Below are positions 13,010 to 25,538 of a stretch of DNA of 64,000 bases, piece by piece. Made by a program: the position numbers and the translations under genes. Every line of letters begins with the position of its first letter. Position 1 is the stretch's first letter. The notes below the pieces were generated by a model. The model had not been told where the DNA came from, did not search any database, and saw only the letters and a list, made by a program, of their open reading frames with translations. The stretch spans positions 100,442,001 to 100,506,000 of the forward strand of contig NC_087472.1 in NCBI RefSeq assembly GCF_036321535.1. Reading direction: 5' to 3'. The stretch comes from Camelus dromedarius (lineage: Eukaryota).

Positions 13010-16000
13010 TCCCTGCAGTGTATTAAAGTGAGTTACAGACCTTGTAACGAGCAGGCCCAGTGCACCTCATGGTTGAAGGAGACTTTGGGGTCTCATGGCA
13101 AGTGATTGGATTTGGAAGTCACTTCACTCATGTGGTCTGCTCCGGTTTTCCAAAAATGTCCGGGAAGTTAGACTCTTACTGCAGGGGAGAAAAATAATAC
13201 TCTCTCACCACTTGAAACACCTAAGTTTTGGAAAAATCATTAAAAAAAAATACTGCGAAGCCACCCATGCTGCATCAGTGCTGGAGGGTCATTAGGGAAA
13301 AGGCAGCGTCCAGACATTTGTGGGAGGTAGAATTTTTATGGGTTGTTTGTGTGTCCAGTTTTGCAGGTTTCACAGGAGGACTCCACTGGGGCTGTCAATG
13401 AAAACCATTGAAACTGTCATGTTGTTGTTTCCCAGGTCTCCTGGAAAAACACCCTGACAAATCGCAGCCCTGGGCGGGTCAAAGAGGAGAGTACTAAAAA
13501 AAGAAGGAGAAAATGGATGGGCCTGTTTTGGTGGGAGGCCAGGGCTCGGTGTCATAGCCAGATTCCCCGGTGAGAGAGGAGTTTCCAGCAGCGGAGGCTT
13601 TCCCCACCCTATCTTACACCATCCAGTCTGAAAAAATAATTCCCCTTCCGGTGGAGCCAAGTAGAGTCACTTGAAGGCAGTGTAAACAAAAGGAGCAGGT
13701 AGTGTTGATGCTTTTAAGAGAACATCCTGATGAGGGAGGAAAAAAATAAAATAAAAGGAGAAGGGCCAGCTAGCAGCTGGGAGATTTTCCTGGATGTAGG
13801 AGAGCTACTTGGAATGGCATTGACTTCTGGTTTCTAAGGACCAGCCCAGCAAACCTAAAGCTGTAATGTAGGCAACCCCCTCCTCGGGAGTCTTTTCCCA
13901 TCGCCACCTTTGCCCTCACTAAGCTAACAGCAGGTTCCCATCTCAGTGCTCCTATGTGGTCCCTGCCTGACCCTATCGGGCTCTTCCCCAGTCATCCAGG
14001 CTTGCAGTAGCCCTACTCACCAGCAGAGCTGACCTGATGAATGGAGTCACACTGATCTGTTACAGACTACTGTAAGTGAAATTTGTATTCTTTTATGGGT
14101 TGCAATGCCTTACAAAAAACAAAAACAAAAACAAAAACAAAAAAACAAGCCTTGAGAGGTGGTCTTTGAGATATCAGTCAAAAATTTAGAACTTTTAGGG
14201 TAGGAGAGTCCTATTCCAGGCAAGCTTTAACAGGCTTTCTAGGTCCTCATCATCTCCTTCAGTCCCTCTGGTGTAGAACAAATTGCTCTGTCCTCCACCT
14301 CCCAAACACACAAAAGATCGAATCAGTCACTCCCATCTTTGTGTCCTCAAAGCTCTTAGAACCGGAGCACATTTTATAGCACCGTTCATCTGCTCATAGT
14401 TGACTGAAGATGTTTCTTACCTTCCCAGAACACACCCTTTATCCTTTCCATGTGCAAATATGGCCTGGCCTCCATTTAGAAGGAAGTCTTAATCTGGAGC
14501 CACAACTTCCTGCAGGTGATGTGATCAACTGTTAAGGCTGCTGAGAGGAGGAGTAAGCCGAGGACAGAGAAGTGACTTCTGGGTTAGGTGAGGGGGGAGT
14601 CTGGCAGCCTTGATAAGAGTAGCTCAGACGCCTGTTTGAAATCAGTTCAAGAGACGCCAGGAAGAGAGGAAGTGGAGATAGCAAGTGTGGCCACCCCCGA
14701 GCAGGTTCAGTTAAGGACTAGGCGCAAGTTAAAAACTATGCTTCCTGGAAGGATTGTTTTCCCCTCTTCATGGATAAGAGTTCAGAATGGAACTCCCTTT
14801 CTCGGAATGATTCCCTTTTTCTCTTCTCCAGAGAGCCATGTTTGTGGTTTGGTATTTGGTAATACAAATGTCAAGGGCTTGTGACCTAGTTATCTGTTTT
14901 CTAGTTCCCCTCCTTGATTCTGATCTCCTTTCCGCATTTCTGTTCTCCCTGAACCTGCTTTTCTTTGTGCTGGGAGGGGAATACAGAATGTCATTCTGTC
15001 ATCTGTGACTTGGTCATTGACTACCCCTTGGCCTCCACGGAACAAGCAGGGTCTTTAAATGGAGGTATCACTTCAGCTTCTAAGGCACAAGCCTAACGTG
15101 AAATTCCTCCTCCACCGCTCCGCAGAGCCCTGGGCTACGTTGTGGTTCCGGATGGGTTTGTGTCACCCCTGAGGTCAAGTGCAAAGGCAGAATTTTGAGA
15201 TGCTGGGGGGTTGGGGAGGGGGACAAGGCTGGAAGCCAAGAGCGGAAAAGAAGGAGCTGTGCTCCTGCCCCTCAGGGCTCCAGGCCTGGCTTCCTGCGCC
15301 TTCCTCGGTGGCCTAGGAAGTGCTTGTCCTCACATCTGCCCCTCACCTGTGGGCTTGCCCTTCTCCTGCCGTTGACCCTCCTCACCCTCTCCAGGCACTT
15401 AACTCTAAGCTCATCTTTTAAAGATGCATCTGTGGTTAATTCTACCCCCTTCCCGTTTCTTCATCCTGTGTCTCCCCCCTGCCCAAATTAGGCCTTGACT
15501 GTCTACTCTGCTGGATTTTGCTACTAATACCTGACTCATCTTTAGTCCACGGGGACTGATATGAGGGGAAAAGTGGGAATTGATGTTATCTCGATAGAAA
15601 TTGTGTGTGACTGAAAGCCTCAAAGTGTTTTGAGGAGGCACCCCAAACACAACCTGGCAACAGTGGGAGGCTGGGATGCTGCTGGGCTGGGGTGGGGAGC
15701 TGAGGAGTGGACTGCCAGGGGAGTTGTGGCTGTGGCGGGAAGGCACGCTAGACCACGTGTAAAGTCAGATGAACTGGGTTCTAGTCCACACCCAGCCATT
15801 TACTAGCTCTGAGCCTCACGTGCATCAGCTGAAGTTTAGGTGGTGCCTGCCACTCTGTCACCCTTAAAAATCCGATCCAGACCCGATTCCCATCAATTCT
15901 CCCTTCCAAACACTGCTCAAACATTTCTCTATCTCATCACCACCACCACCATTCTCATCCAGGCTCTCATCTCTCACCTCAGATATTAGGATCACTTTCT

Positions 16001-16012
16001 CATTGGCATAGA

Positions 16013-16234
16013 GCAGGGCAAATTACTACTCATGTGCCAAATCCTGCCAGCTGCTCGTTTTTGTAAATAAAGTTGCATTGGCACACAGCCGCCCCCTTTC
16101 ATTTATATTTTGTCTATGGCTGTTTTCTTGCTCTAATAGCAGAGTTGAAAGAGGTTGCAGCATAGATCTTACAGCCTTCAAAACTGGAAATATTTACTAT
16201 CTGATCCTTTATAGAAAAAGTCTGCTGGACCCTG
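16013..16234. mobile_element. MER58A-like hAT-Charlie element
   Basis: tttgtaaataaagt..attggcacacagcc...aaatatttactatctg. A related fragment lies at about 8948-9080. Confidence 0.75.
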
Positions 16235-16469
16235 GTGTGAAGAGAAAAATGATGTGTCTAATTATTTTGATTCTTCCTCCTTTTCTGAACTCTTAATTTC
16301 CATCGTATTTCATTAGATTTTCATGTGTGTTTGTGTAAATGAAATAAACAAATCTATAGCTTCCCTTTTCTTGATTATACCTCTTACTTCGGATTTTTGT
16401 TGTATTGAATTGTTCAGACCTTCAGAAAAATATTTGAGAATGAAGATCAGAAATCCCAAACTGGAACCC

Positions 16470-17060
16470 CACCTTCACTCTGTCCCACTCAAATCCATTT
16501 TCCACTCAACAGCCAGAACAGTCTTATCAAAATGTGAATACATCACCCTGTTTAAAATCCTGTGGTGACTTTCCCACACCAGTCTCTGCTCCTTCCTTGG
16601 TGCACTCAGAACAAGACACAAATCCTCATATTGGCCTCCAAGCCCCAGTATGAGTTGAGCCTTCCCTGCTCCTCCTGCCCCCCTGTGTCCTGCCCTCTCT
16701 GGCCTTTTTTCAGTTCCTTACATGGGCTGTACTTTCTCCTGCCACAGTGCCTTTGCATATACTGCTTCCTCTACCTAGTATGGTTTTTCTCTGCCTCTTT
16801 GCTAGGTTAACCCTTCCCACTTGTCTTTCAGGTTTCAGCATGACTTCCACAGAGAAGCCTTACCAGATCCCCATGTCAAATTCCACTGTCTTCACCCAGA
16901 GGTCCATAGGCTTTTCTTGATGGTACCGATCACAGCTGCTGTCTTACATTTCTTGGTGTTAATTTTCATATCACATCTTTGTTTCCCCACTAAACAATAA
17001 GCCCCCTGAAGGCAGGACCTATTTTACTTTCCAATGTATCCCCAGTGCCTAGCATGAGGT
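16470..17060 (-). mobile_element. LINE-2 remnant
   Basis: Typical L2 antisense motifs (tccactcaacagccaga, cctttgcatatactg, aaggcaggac...cccagtgcctagca). Confidence 0.65.
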
Positions 17061-17366
17061 TAGGAATTTGCCTGGTCTCTTCTCTGTAAACATTTGTGGG
17101 TCAACTGGGATAATGTACACAAAAGCCTTTTGTCCACCATAAGTCATTGTACAAATGGAAGGGACTATTCCTGTTGAGAACAGTTGGAGGACAAATAATT
17201 CTCTTTAACAGGGAGGTTCTATAGATAGTTCTGGAACATGGGAAGGGAGATATTGGAAGGTGCTTGAGGCAATAAAGTCTTCCCCTGCTCTTCTGGAAGA
17301 TGGCATTGTGAAATCGAGAAAAATCTTAGAAATGTGTTCCAGAGGGTGTATTTCCGATTTACTCTT

Positions 17367-17555
17367 TTATTTTTATTTTTTATTGTAGTATAGTTGATTT
17401 ACAATGTTGTGTTAATTTCAGGTGTACAGCAAAGTGATTCAGTTTTATATATATATATATAAATATATATATATTCTTTTTCAGATTCTTTTCTATTGTA
17501 GGTTATTACAAGATACTGAATATGGTTCCCTGTGCTGTACAGTAGGTCCTTGTTG
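17367..17555 (-). mobile_element. 5'-truncated L1 3' end
   Basis: L1 3'UTR terminus. 13-bp TSD ccgatttactctt at 17354-17366 and 17556-17568. Confidence 0.9.
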
Positions 17556-18647
17556 CCGATTTACTCTTGTTGGTGGAAGCCATTAAAATCTCTGTCCACC
17601 TGACAGTTTGGTGGTCAGTTTCAAAATATATTCACATACGCACCTAGAAAAGAAGTGAACTTCTCCAGGGAATCCTAGGGAGCAAAGAGTTCCATTTAAA
17701 ACGTCATTAAAAAAAAGTGAACATTTATCCAACCCTGACATCTAATTTGCCCTTTCTAAATATTAATGTTGTAACCACAAACAAATGGCAGGTTCCAGGA
17801 CACCAGGAAAAAGTAAACTTTTAAAAAGTCTGAAAAAACATCATTCAGGGGAAAAAATAAGTTAGAGTGGGAATAAAGTACAGACTGTAAATGTGGAAGA
17901 GGAAAGAAAAGCATTTTAAGAAATGACCTTCTTCTGGCTTCTGAGTTGTACCGAGTGGTTCGCTATCATTAGCAAGATGATCCTACTGATTTTCTTTTAT
18001 TAGTGTAGTAAACAAATGGAAATCTAAGCATTTTACCACTCATGGTGTGTTATTTCCTGTGGTTATAAATATATCCCTCTCACTTAGGCTGGGCAGCCAC
18101 ATGAGAGAAGGGGTCTTGAGCTATGCCCCTTAACCCTTGGGTGTCTGGCTTGAAAGGCCCATTTTCTTATTGTATTTCCCTTCTGGTGGCAAGGAGTGTT
18201 GGGTAGAGGGGAGGGCTAGAATACCTCAATAGTCTACTCAACAGGTCACTGTGACAAGTTACTCTCCCAGGGAGATTATCACCAGCAAATGCCCAGAGAT
18301 TGGCTGCAAACTCTGCCAAGAGTCCACCCTCTTGCCTGCCAGGCCCCAGAAACACCTTGCTGAATCACTTTATGAGTGAGTCCCAAAGATCATGCAAGGT
18401 CTGTAGAGTCTGCTCCTGCGGGCTTCTGAGGGAGTGGGTTAGAAGGAAATGAATCAGGCTTTGAATTGTAACTTGCCCGGGCCAGTGTCTTTTGTACCCG
18501 GTGGGCCCTTAAATAGGTACCTTCAGTACTTGCGGAAGGAAAAGAAGAAAGCAAGAAGCATGAGGGGAGTAATGAAAAGAAGGAAGGGTAGATAGAGAGG
18601 AAAAGAAAGAACGAAGAGAAAGGAAAGGAAGAATGAGGGTGCATAAG

Positions 18648-19154
18648 GTAGCTTTCTCTGTGTAACAAAACACCCCCACGTTTAGGGGTTTAAATAAAGC
18701 CACAGCCATTTCATTAGTTCCCAGTTCTGGAGTCTACAATGTGGGCTGGGCTCAGCTGAATGGTCCTGCTGCTCCTAGTTTGCTCACTCATGCCCCCCAC
18801 AGTTCACAGCCTGTCAGCTCGATAGCCCTTTTCTGGGGATTGGCACAGTGGTGGTGACTGGGCACTTGCCTTTCACCATCTGACAGGCTAGCTCAGGCTT
18901 GTTTGCGTGCTCACGTGGTGGCTTGAGGTTCCAAGAGCAGCAGGAAAGAGCAAACTTCCACACTCAAGCACTTTTCAAGCTTCTGCTTGCATCACATTTG
19001 CTAATGTCCCATTGGGCAAAGCCAGTGTCCGGCCCCCATTCAAGGGGTGGAGAAATAGACTCCACCTTTTGCTAGGTGGAGCTGCAGTCACACTGCAAAT
19101 GGACGAGCATACTGGAATAGGGAGAATTTATGGCCAGTTTTGTAATCTACCACA
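18648..19154 (-). mobile_element. MaLR LTR (MLT1J/K-like)
   Basis: gggctgggctcagctg...catcacatttgctaatgtcccattgg...tgtaatctaccaca. Confidence 0.7.
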
Positions 19155-19726
19155 GAAGGGAAGGGCTAGAACTTTCTTTGGCTGGCAGGGTCGGCAGAGA
19201 TGCAGCAGTATAGAGTTTGAGTTTGAGGCCCTCACCTTGAATTAAAAAATGGTATTATAAATCACCAAGTTCCTATATTCCACAGTTTATCTGTCAAATA
19301 GGGCTAGATAATAATGTAACTTCTTACTCATTTCCAGTGGGAACAATAAAAACTTTATGGGCAAAAGTTCCCTTGTCGTTTCACTCTCTGGAATTGGACT
19401 AAGGAGCAGTTAAGTGTTTAGAACATCTCAAGTGGCAAATATATTTGGAAACAGAAAAATTTTAATGCACCAGCCTTCATTTCTAGCCCAAAGGTCAAAT
19501 ATGCAACCAGACTTAACAAAGGAAAAATTGACACGATGGTTTTCTTAGTTAATTGTTGGGACCCATTCTTACACGTACAGTTCTTTGTTTTTTCCTCATC
19601 TGTGTATCTTTTCGTCGTATTTTATTTCATTATTGAAAACATAATATCAAAACATAGTTCAAGTAGAGGAAAATGTCCAGCATCTATTGCTACCCAGTGG
19701 AAAGAGAAGTTAAGAGTTAATTCGAA

Positions 19727-20316
19727 GTTCTGATTTTACCAGCAACTTCTTCATATGCTCGAGTCTCCAGAGTCTCTCTGTTCTCAAGTTGATGAACTGT
19801 AGCTTTATTTCCAAGCCCACCAAGCTAAAGAGGCTGCCCAGAAAGCGGGTAACAGTGCCACTGGTATTCCAACTGTTTACAATCGATCAGGGACCATGAA
19901 AAGAAACTCATGCCTCACCGAAGAAAAATACCTAAATATCAAAAAACTTAAATACTGTGGAAAAAAATTGCAAAATGTGAAATAAAGAAAAAAAGGAACC
20001 TTATGTACTGAGCAAATGCCAGGTCTAGCAAACATAATGCTGGTCCTAGATTACTTACTGATTTAAAAACAGCAAAAAACTACAAAAAATTGTAAAATAT
20101 AAAAACAAATTAATGCTTTATAGACCCTGGGAAAAAGAATTTTTGGCAAAGTACAAAAATTTAAAGCATTCCTTTAATTTTGTAATTCTCTACTGTGGAA
20201 TAACTCAGAATGTCACTTCTGTTTTGAATAACAGAATTGATAACTAAGCAAGGAAACGTAATTTGGATTATAAAATTCTTGCTTTAATAAAAATTCCTTA
20301 TACAGTGGGGGAAAAA
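19727..20316 (+). pseudogene. PABPC1: 5'-truncated, 5'-inverted processed pseudogene of PABPC1 (C-terminal MLLE end plus whole 3'UTR)
   Basis: From 19744 it reads LLHMLESPESL.S.VDE, then after a frameshift QAHQAKEAAQKA.NSATG.PTV, the PABPC1 C-terminus. The characteristic A-rich 3'UTR follows, with AATAAA at 20286 and a short tail. TSD aagagttaatt(c/a)gaa at 19712-19726 and 20317-20331. No introns. Confidence 0.93.
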
Positions 20317-21033
20317 AAGAGTTAATTAGAAAACATCAGGCCTGGCAGTTGGGATTGATTTAAGGTGGTGGTAGGTATTTGAATTCAGTTTTCCTGGTGA
20401 AATGTTTTCATACAAATGGAGGAAAGTTCACCTCTAGTTAACTTAATACAGCTTAATGTAAGACTGCCATTAAAAAAAAATCAAGTAGATAAGCGTTCTT
20501 TCTGTGAAATAGTAAATTAATGCTCTGAGAAAGAATTCATTGGTATATCCTTGCATATGGATTCACTTTTAAGGTGGTAATTGTTTACACCGTGAGGAGA
20601 GGCATGCCCTAAGTTTTGAAACACCTTTAGTTCTGCCTTGTTGGGTGGAGGCCTGTGGTTGCCTCACCCAGAGGGTTGGGTCTGCTGATCAGAGAGTCAT
20701 TCGAAGGTGGGTTTCTCACAACATGCTCTTTAATACCCGCTTCGCCAGCTCTGGGCAGAGGCAGCCAGCAGCGTTCTAGCTCTTGGAGTTCGTTTGGCAA
20801 GCCTCAAGCTAGGTCAGGGCAGGGAAGGAAAAGAGAGAACCCCTAAGGGTAAAGGAGAGTAGAAGGGAAGAGAGGAAGACTGGACAGAGGGGAGGAGAGA
20901 AAGGAAAGCATTCAGTGCTGCAGAAAAAGAGCATGGGACCAACAGTTGCAAGAGGTCCACCAGATACTTTCCCTGGCCTGGTTCATTCCACGTCAGATGC
21001 AGCCTCACTGGAGTGACTAAGAGGTCATCTTTT

Positions 21034-21132
21034 AATTAATTAATTAACTTATTTATTTTTTTAAATGGAGGTACTGGAGATTGAACCCAAGACCTCATGC
21101 ATGCTAAGCATGCGCTCTACCACTGAGCTCCA
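21034..21132 (-). mobile_element. Vic-1-like tRNA-Ala SINE, slightly 5'-truncated
   Basis: Same SINE body. TSD aggtcatctttt at 21022-21033 and 21133-21144. Confidence 0.88.
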
Positions 21133-22393
21133 AGGTCATCTTTTTAAATGTTTCAGGAAGCAATTCGAAAAGCTCTCTTAGTCACTTCTACAATTTAACA
21201 ATGCTCAATACCGGAACATTCTTCCTGTTGTTAATTTAAATCCCTTGGGCTATGCTTTAAGCTGCCTTTTAGACATTATCTTCTGCCCATGGCAGAGATG
21301 AAGACCACCTCGCTGCCGTTTGCTCTCTCTGAAGGCCTTGTATACATAGTGGATATTATCCATAATCCATCGTAACCTCCACCTAGACGTGCGGTGTAGA
21401 TTTTTCCCAGTCTACTCACAGATATACTCTTGATACGTTTCATTGGTTGTCTGCTCCATCCCTCCAGGCCCCTTCTGGCTGTTCTCTGCTTTGCTCTTTA
21501 TGCTTCAGCAACATCAGACTGATTCTAAGTCCTGCCCACTCTGGGCCAGTCTTTGGCTCTGTGACTTAATTTAGGCACTTTCCTCTTTTTGGAATGCTAA
21601 TTCCCATTTCTTCCTGGAAAGGGAGCTGTGCATCCTTTAGGATGCAGCTTGACTGTTACCTCCTTGAGGAAACTCTCCTAGATCTGTTTCCCTACACCAG
21701 GTTAGGTGCCATTCCTTGGAGCTCTCGTTATGCCTGTGACAGAGCCTGCAGCTGGTTCATATGGCACTGTCAGAAAGCCTGTCATTTGGGATTCAGGCTC
21801 TAATGGTCCTCATGGCCAGTGGCCCTTTTGCAGGGTGCAACCTGTACGACCATCCAGAGTGGCCCTGTTCTTGGGCACACAGTAGGCATTCCGTGAAAGG
21901 GTGTTGAATTAATTATCCTTAAATTCTTTCAGAGCCATCTCACAATTGAACCACCTCTCTTGAGTGGAGGCATCCAAAACTAAACACACCAGTCTGTGCA
22001 GGTAGAGGTCCTGTTAGGTAGGGTCAGATCAGTAATGGGGCCACCACAAGGTCTCAGAATCACTCTTGGTTGTTCTTGGGTGGCAATACCCACCGCTCTG
22101 CAGCCAAGGACCTGCATGTTCCCCCGTATGTGCCCACAAGCCTAACCTTCACCATCCTCTCCATCTGTGCAATGTTCTTTCCTTACTTGGGCTTCTCTTT
22201 GCTTATTTCTGCTTTCATTCTCAATTTATCAAGGCCTTTGTCCTCTGGTCCTTCCTTCCGTGGTGTTGGTGTCATTGCCAGGAACAGTAAGCCACTCTCT
22301 GCCCCTCAATCTGGGCCACTAATTCATCATTAGGTTCTGAGTGAAGCACTGAGCCCTCCAGGATGCTGCATGTTTCTGGGTATTTTTATTCAT

Positions 22394-22394
<1 letters not shown>

Positions 22395-22446
<52 letters not shown>
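22395..22446. repeat. (TATC)13 tetranucleotide microsatellite
   Basis: Perfect tandem array. Confidence 0.98.
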
Positions 22447-25400
22447 GTACTCTCCTGGTTGATCCTTGGACCAGCATCACATTACCCAAGAGGGCAGTGG
22501 GAAACTGCCTGGGGCTGCTGTTACCTGTGCACTTTGCCCATTGTTTTGCTGATTATCCCAGGATATGTGGGCCCTGTGGTCAGCACCGAGGGCCTCTGAG
22601 CAGCCTATGAGCGCAGGAGTTCTAATTCTTGGATGCAGCCTCTCTGAGAGTTTCCTCTGCATTGGAGCAGGGCTCTAAGGACATACAGAGATAATTTCTT
22701 TCCCACCCAAACCACTTGTACAGTCTACTGGGCTTTTTAAAAAAAATTTTTTTTTTCTAGTCATGCTGCTATTACTCTGGGTTTTAGCCAGCTTGATAAA
22801 TAGAGGAAGTTGGATGCATTTCCAGCCTTCCTGATGTCATGGTTTGGGGCAGTCCGCAACTGCGGGAGGTTTCAGTTAATCCTAGCAATTGGTGAGTTTG
22901 CTGTTCTTCTCTGAGAAGCTTCTCTGGTCTGTGCCAGGTCTTACATAAGTCGATATGGTTCCTTTTGTGACTTGCCCTTTCCTTTCAATGATGTAAGAAG
23001 CCCAAACATTGGCAGTCACTGTGTTTTGTTACTGGAGTGCTGGTGCTGATCCTGATCAGATCCGAGTCCGGCTTAGTTCCTCGTGGAGATGAAGGGTGGT
23101 GGACGGGTGGTGGCGATAGCGGCCAGAAGGGATCCAGAGGCTGAGAGATGTGCAGTTCTTTCATTAAGGTTAGGCCTCTGTGCCCATCAGCCATTTTCAC
23201 ATCATTGCTTTTGACATTCTTCTCCACAGCTTGCTCCAGTGGGTTCTTGCTCCCTGGCTGGGAAGCTTGGTTTCTTGGCTCTGAGACCAGAAGTCTTTGT
23301 GCTCCCAGTGGGGCCTTTCTAATTGTGTTAGAGCAGGGCCAGGGGAGATGGTGTCCAGCTGAGCAAGTGATGGCATTACCTCCTAGTCAGCCTCCCTCTG
23401 AGTTTGATTTATGAGTCCTGTTTGGAGAACCTGGATGGCTTGGCCCAGCCTCCCTCTGTTCTGCTTTTCTTTGCTAGGAGAAACATAAGTAGTACACTAA
23501 TACGTGCTGGTGGTCGCTTGGGCTTTGGCCTTCGCCTCATCCCACGCCTCTCTGTGGAGGCTTGGTGGGTTTGCTTCCAGGCTGGTTCGTGTGCACTCAC
23601 ACTTGTCACTATATAAATTAGCATACGTATATATAGCTTCGCTTGTTTCTTAACATATCCTAGTATATATATATTATCAAGAGTTCTATACTATATTCAC
23701 TTGACTTACATGTATTGACAATCTATATGTCAGTGCATGTAGATCAACTTCATTTTTAGAGCATAACTAATATTCCATAATCTGGATGGGCCATCATTTA
23801 TTTAGCTATTCATCTACTGATGGATACTTGGGCTTTCTTCCCCCCTCACACAAAGCTGCAATGGCAGTATTTGTTTGTATATTTTTGCGTATGTGTGTCA
23901 ATACTTCTGTAGGGACGACCTCTGGAATTAGAATTTCTGGATCAAAAGATGATGCACATTTAAACATTCAAAACATAGCTAAACTACTCTCAAACTTCCA
24001 TCAGTGGCGTATGCAAGAGTTCATTTCCCCACGTGCTCTCCAGCTTTGGGTATTATTAGGCTTTACAATTTTTTCATCCAGTGGGCAAAACCAATTTCAC
24101 TGTTCCTGGCGCTGTTTTTCTACCTGAAAGTGTTCCGAAAGAGTAAAGAGAGCCTCATGTTGCTTATTAATAAACTGGGTTACCAGAAACCATTTAGCAT
24201 GCTTTATTGTGGTTATCCATAAGGTTTTGGAAGAGGCAATGTACTTGAGTTGTGAAATTTCATCAAAAACCACTATGTAGAAAATTCTCATTTGCACAAA
24301 TATGAAGTGAAATCATTTCCATACTCAAGTCACAATCGCTTTGTCTCTGTTTGATTTTTTAAATGTTTTTCAGTTGTTAATCCTGCTTTCATTCCACGTT
24401 GAGCATTGGGACATGTGTTTGTAATTTGTTCATCCTAGGACAGGACAGCATGCTTGGCTTTCATTTTTGTCTTCTTTAAACATTGCTTAATGAAGTCTTC
24501 CTGACATATTGGGCTTTCTTAAGAACTACTCCTTTTTTTTCCTCTTAAAGAACATATGATTAATAGAAACTCACAGCGACTCCTTATTTCCTCTTTGAAT
24601 TCATATTCCGGATCCTCCTTGAGCATTGAACTTCTGTCTTAACAGTCTTTTGACTTAAACCAAGAGTAGGTCAGTTGGTTCCAAGAACACCCTCTAGATT
24701 GTTACCTCTTGCAAATCTTGATTTGAAAATCATTATGTCTGTATTTCACATGAGGAGATACCATGGTGTGAAGTGACTGTCATCTTGGAGCTAATAGCTG
24801 TACCGATGTTTTGGTTTTGAAGTAAAGCACAATCGAATATTGTGAAAGATACAAGTCAGGTTGTCAACAGTGCTCTCTTCCCTAGGTGGGCACATGATTT
24901 CCTTTTCCCAGCATGCATCTGCCTTGTCCCTCACTCAGGTCATTGCCAGTGACTCTGCCACCTGCTTTCAACTCTGAGCCAAACTCAGCAATCAATAAAG
25001 AGTTATTTATTTAGCCCCTGTGTGGAGAAAGAATTCTGCTTCTGGCTTTGGGGGCACAAGAGACATGAATGATCCAATCCTTGATATCAAGGACTTGAGG
25101 TTCTAGGGAAGTTAAGTCACAAAAACTGAAGAAATAGCTAACAAAGCATGATCTCTAGAAGGGACCACCCCACCTCTGGTCCTGTCACTTCATTGTCCAG
25201 TGCCACTATGATGCGGTTAATGAAACCTGAGACTACAGAGTAATTCCTGCTATTAAAACATTAACAAGGTCAGCCCCAAACTGGCTTTGGGCTGATCTTC
25301 CAGTTTATAATAAGTTCCTGAAGAACATGGTTTACTTCCTCCATTTCTTTTGTAACTCTGCTGCCAAGTTCAAGCCTTGGTAGACAGCAGGGGGTCTGTA

Positions 25401-25495
25401 GAGCCTTAGCTGATGTGCCGACCGCGGTATTGAAGTGTTATGGTGCCAAGAAGGCCCAGTGTCCGCTGATCTAATTATCTTTCTTGCATTTTCAG

Positions 25496-25538
25496 ATTTG
25501 TGCAGTTTCTCCATCTTTTCTTCTAAACTTCCTATCAG
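25496..25538 (+). other. ADGRG2: ADGRG2 5'UTR exon (exon 2 equivalent, non-coding, 43 nt)
   Basis: Acceptor ttcttgcattttcag| and consensus donor CAG|GTGAGT. Its 3' part (ttctccatcttttcttctaaacttcctatcag) resembles the recalled human sequence just before the start codon (ttctccactttgttttctgaactcgcggtcag|gATG). Confidence 0.8.

Noticed and set aside
12022..18256. Near-consensus estrogen response elements GGTCAtggCGACC (12022) and GGTCActgTGACA (18244)
   Set aside because: Attractive for an efferent-duct gene, but about two one-mismatch hits are expected by chance in 64 kb.
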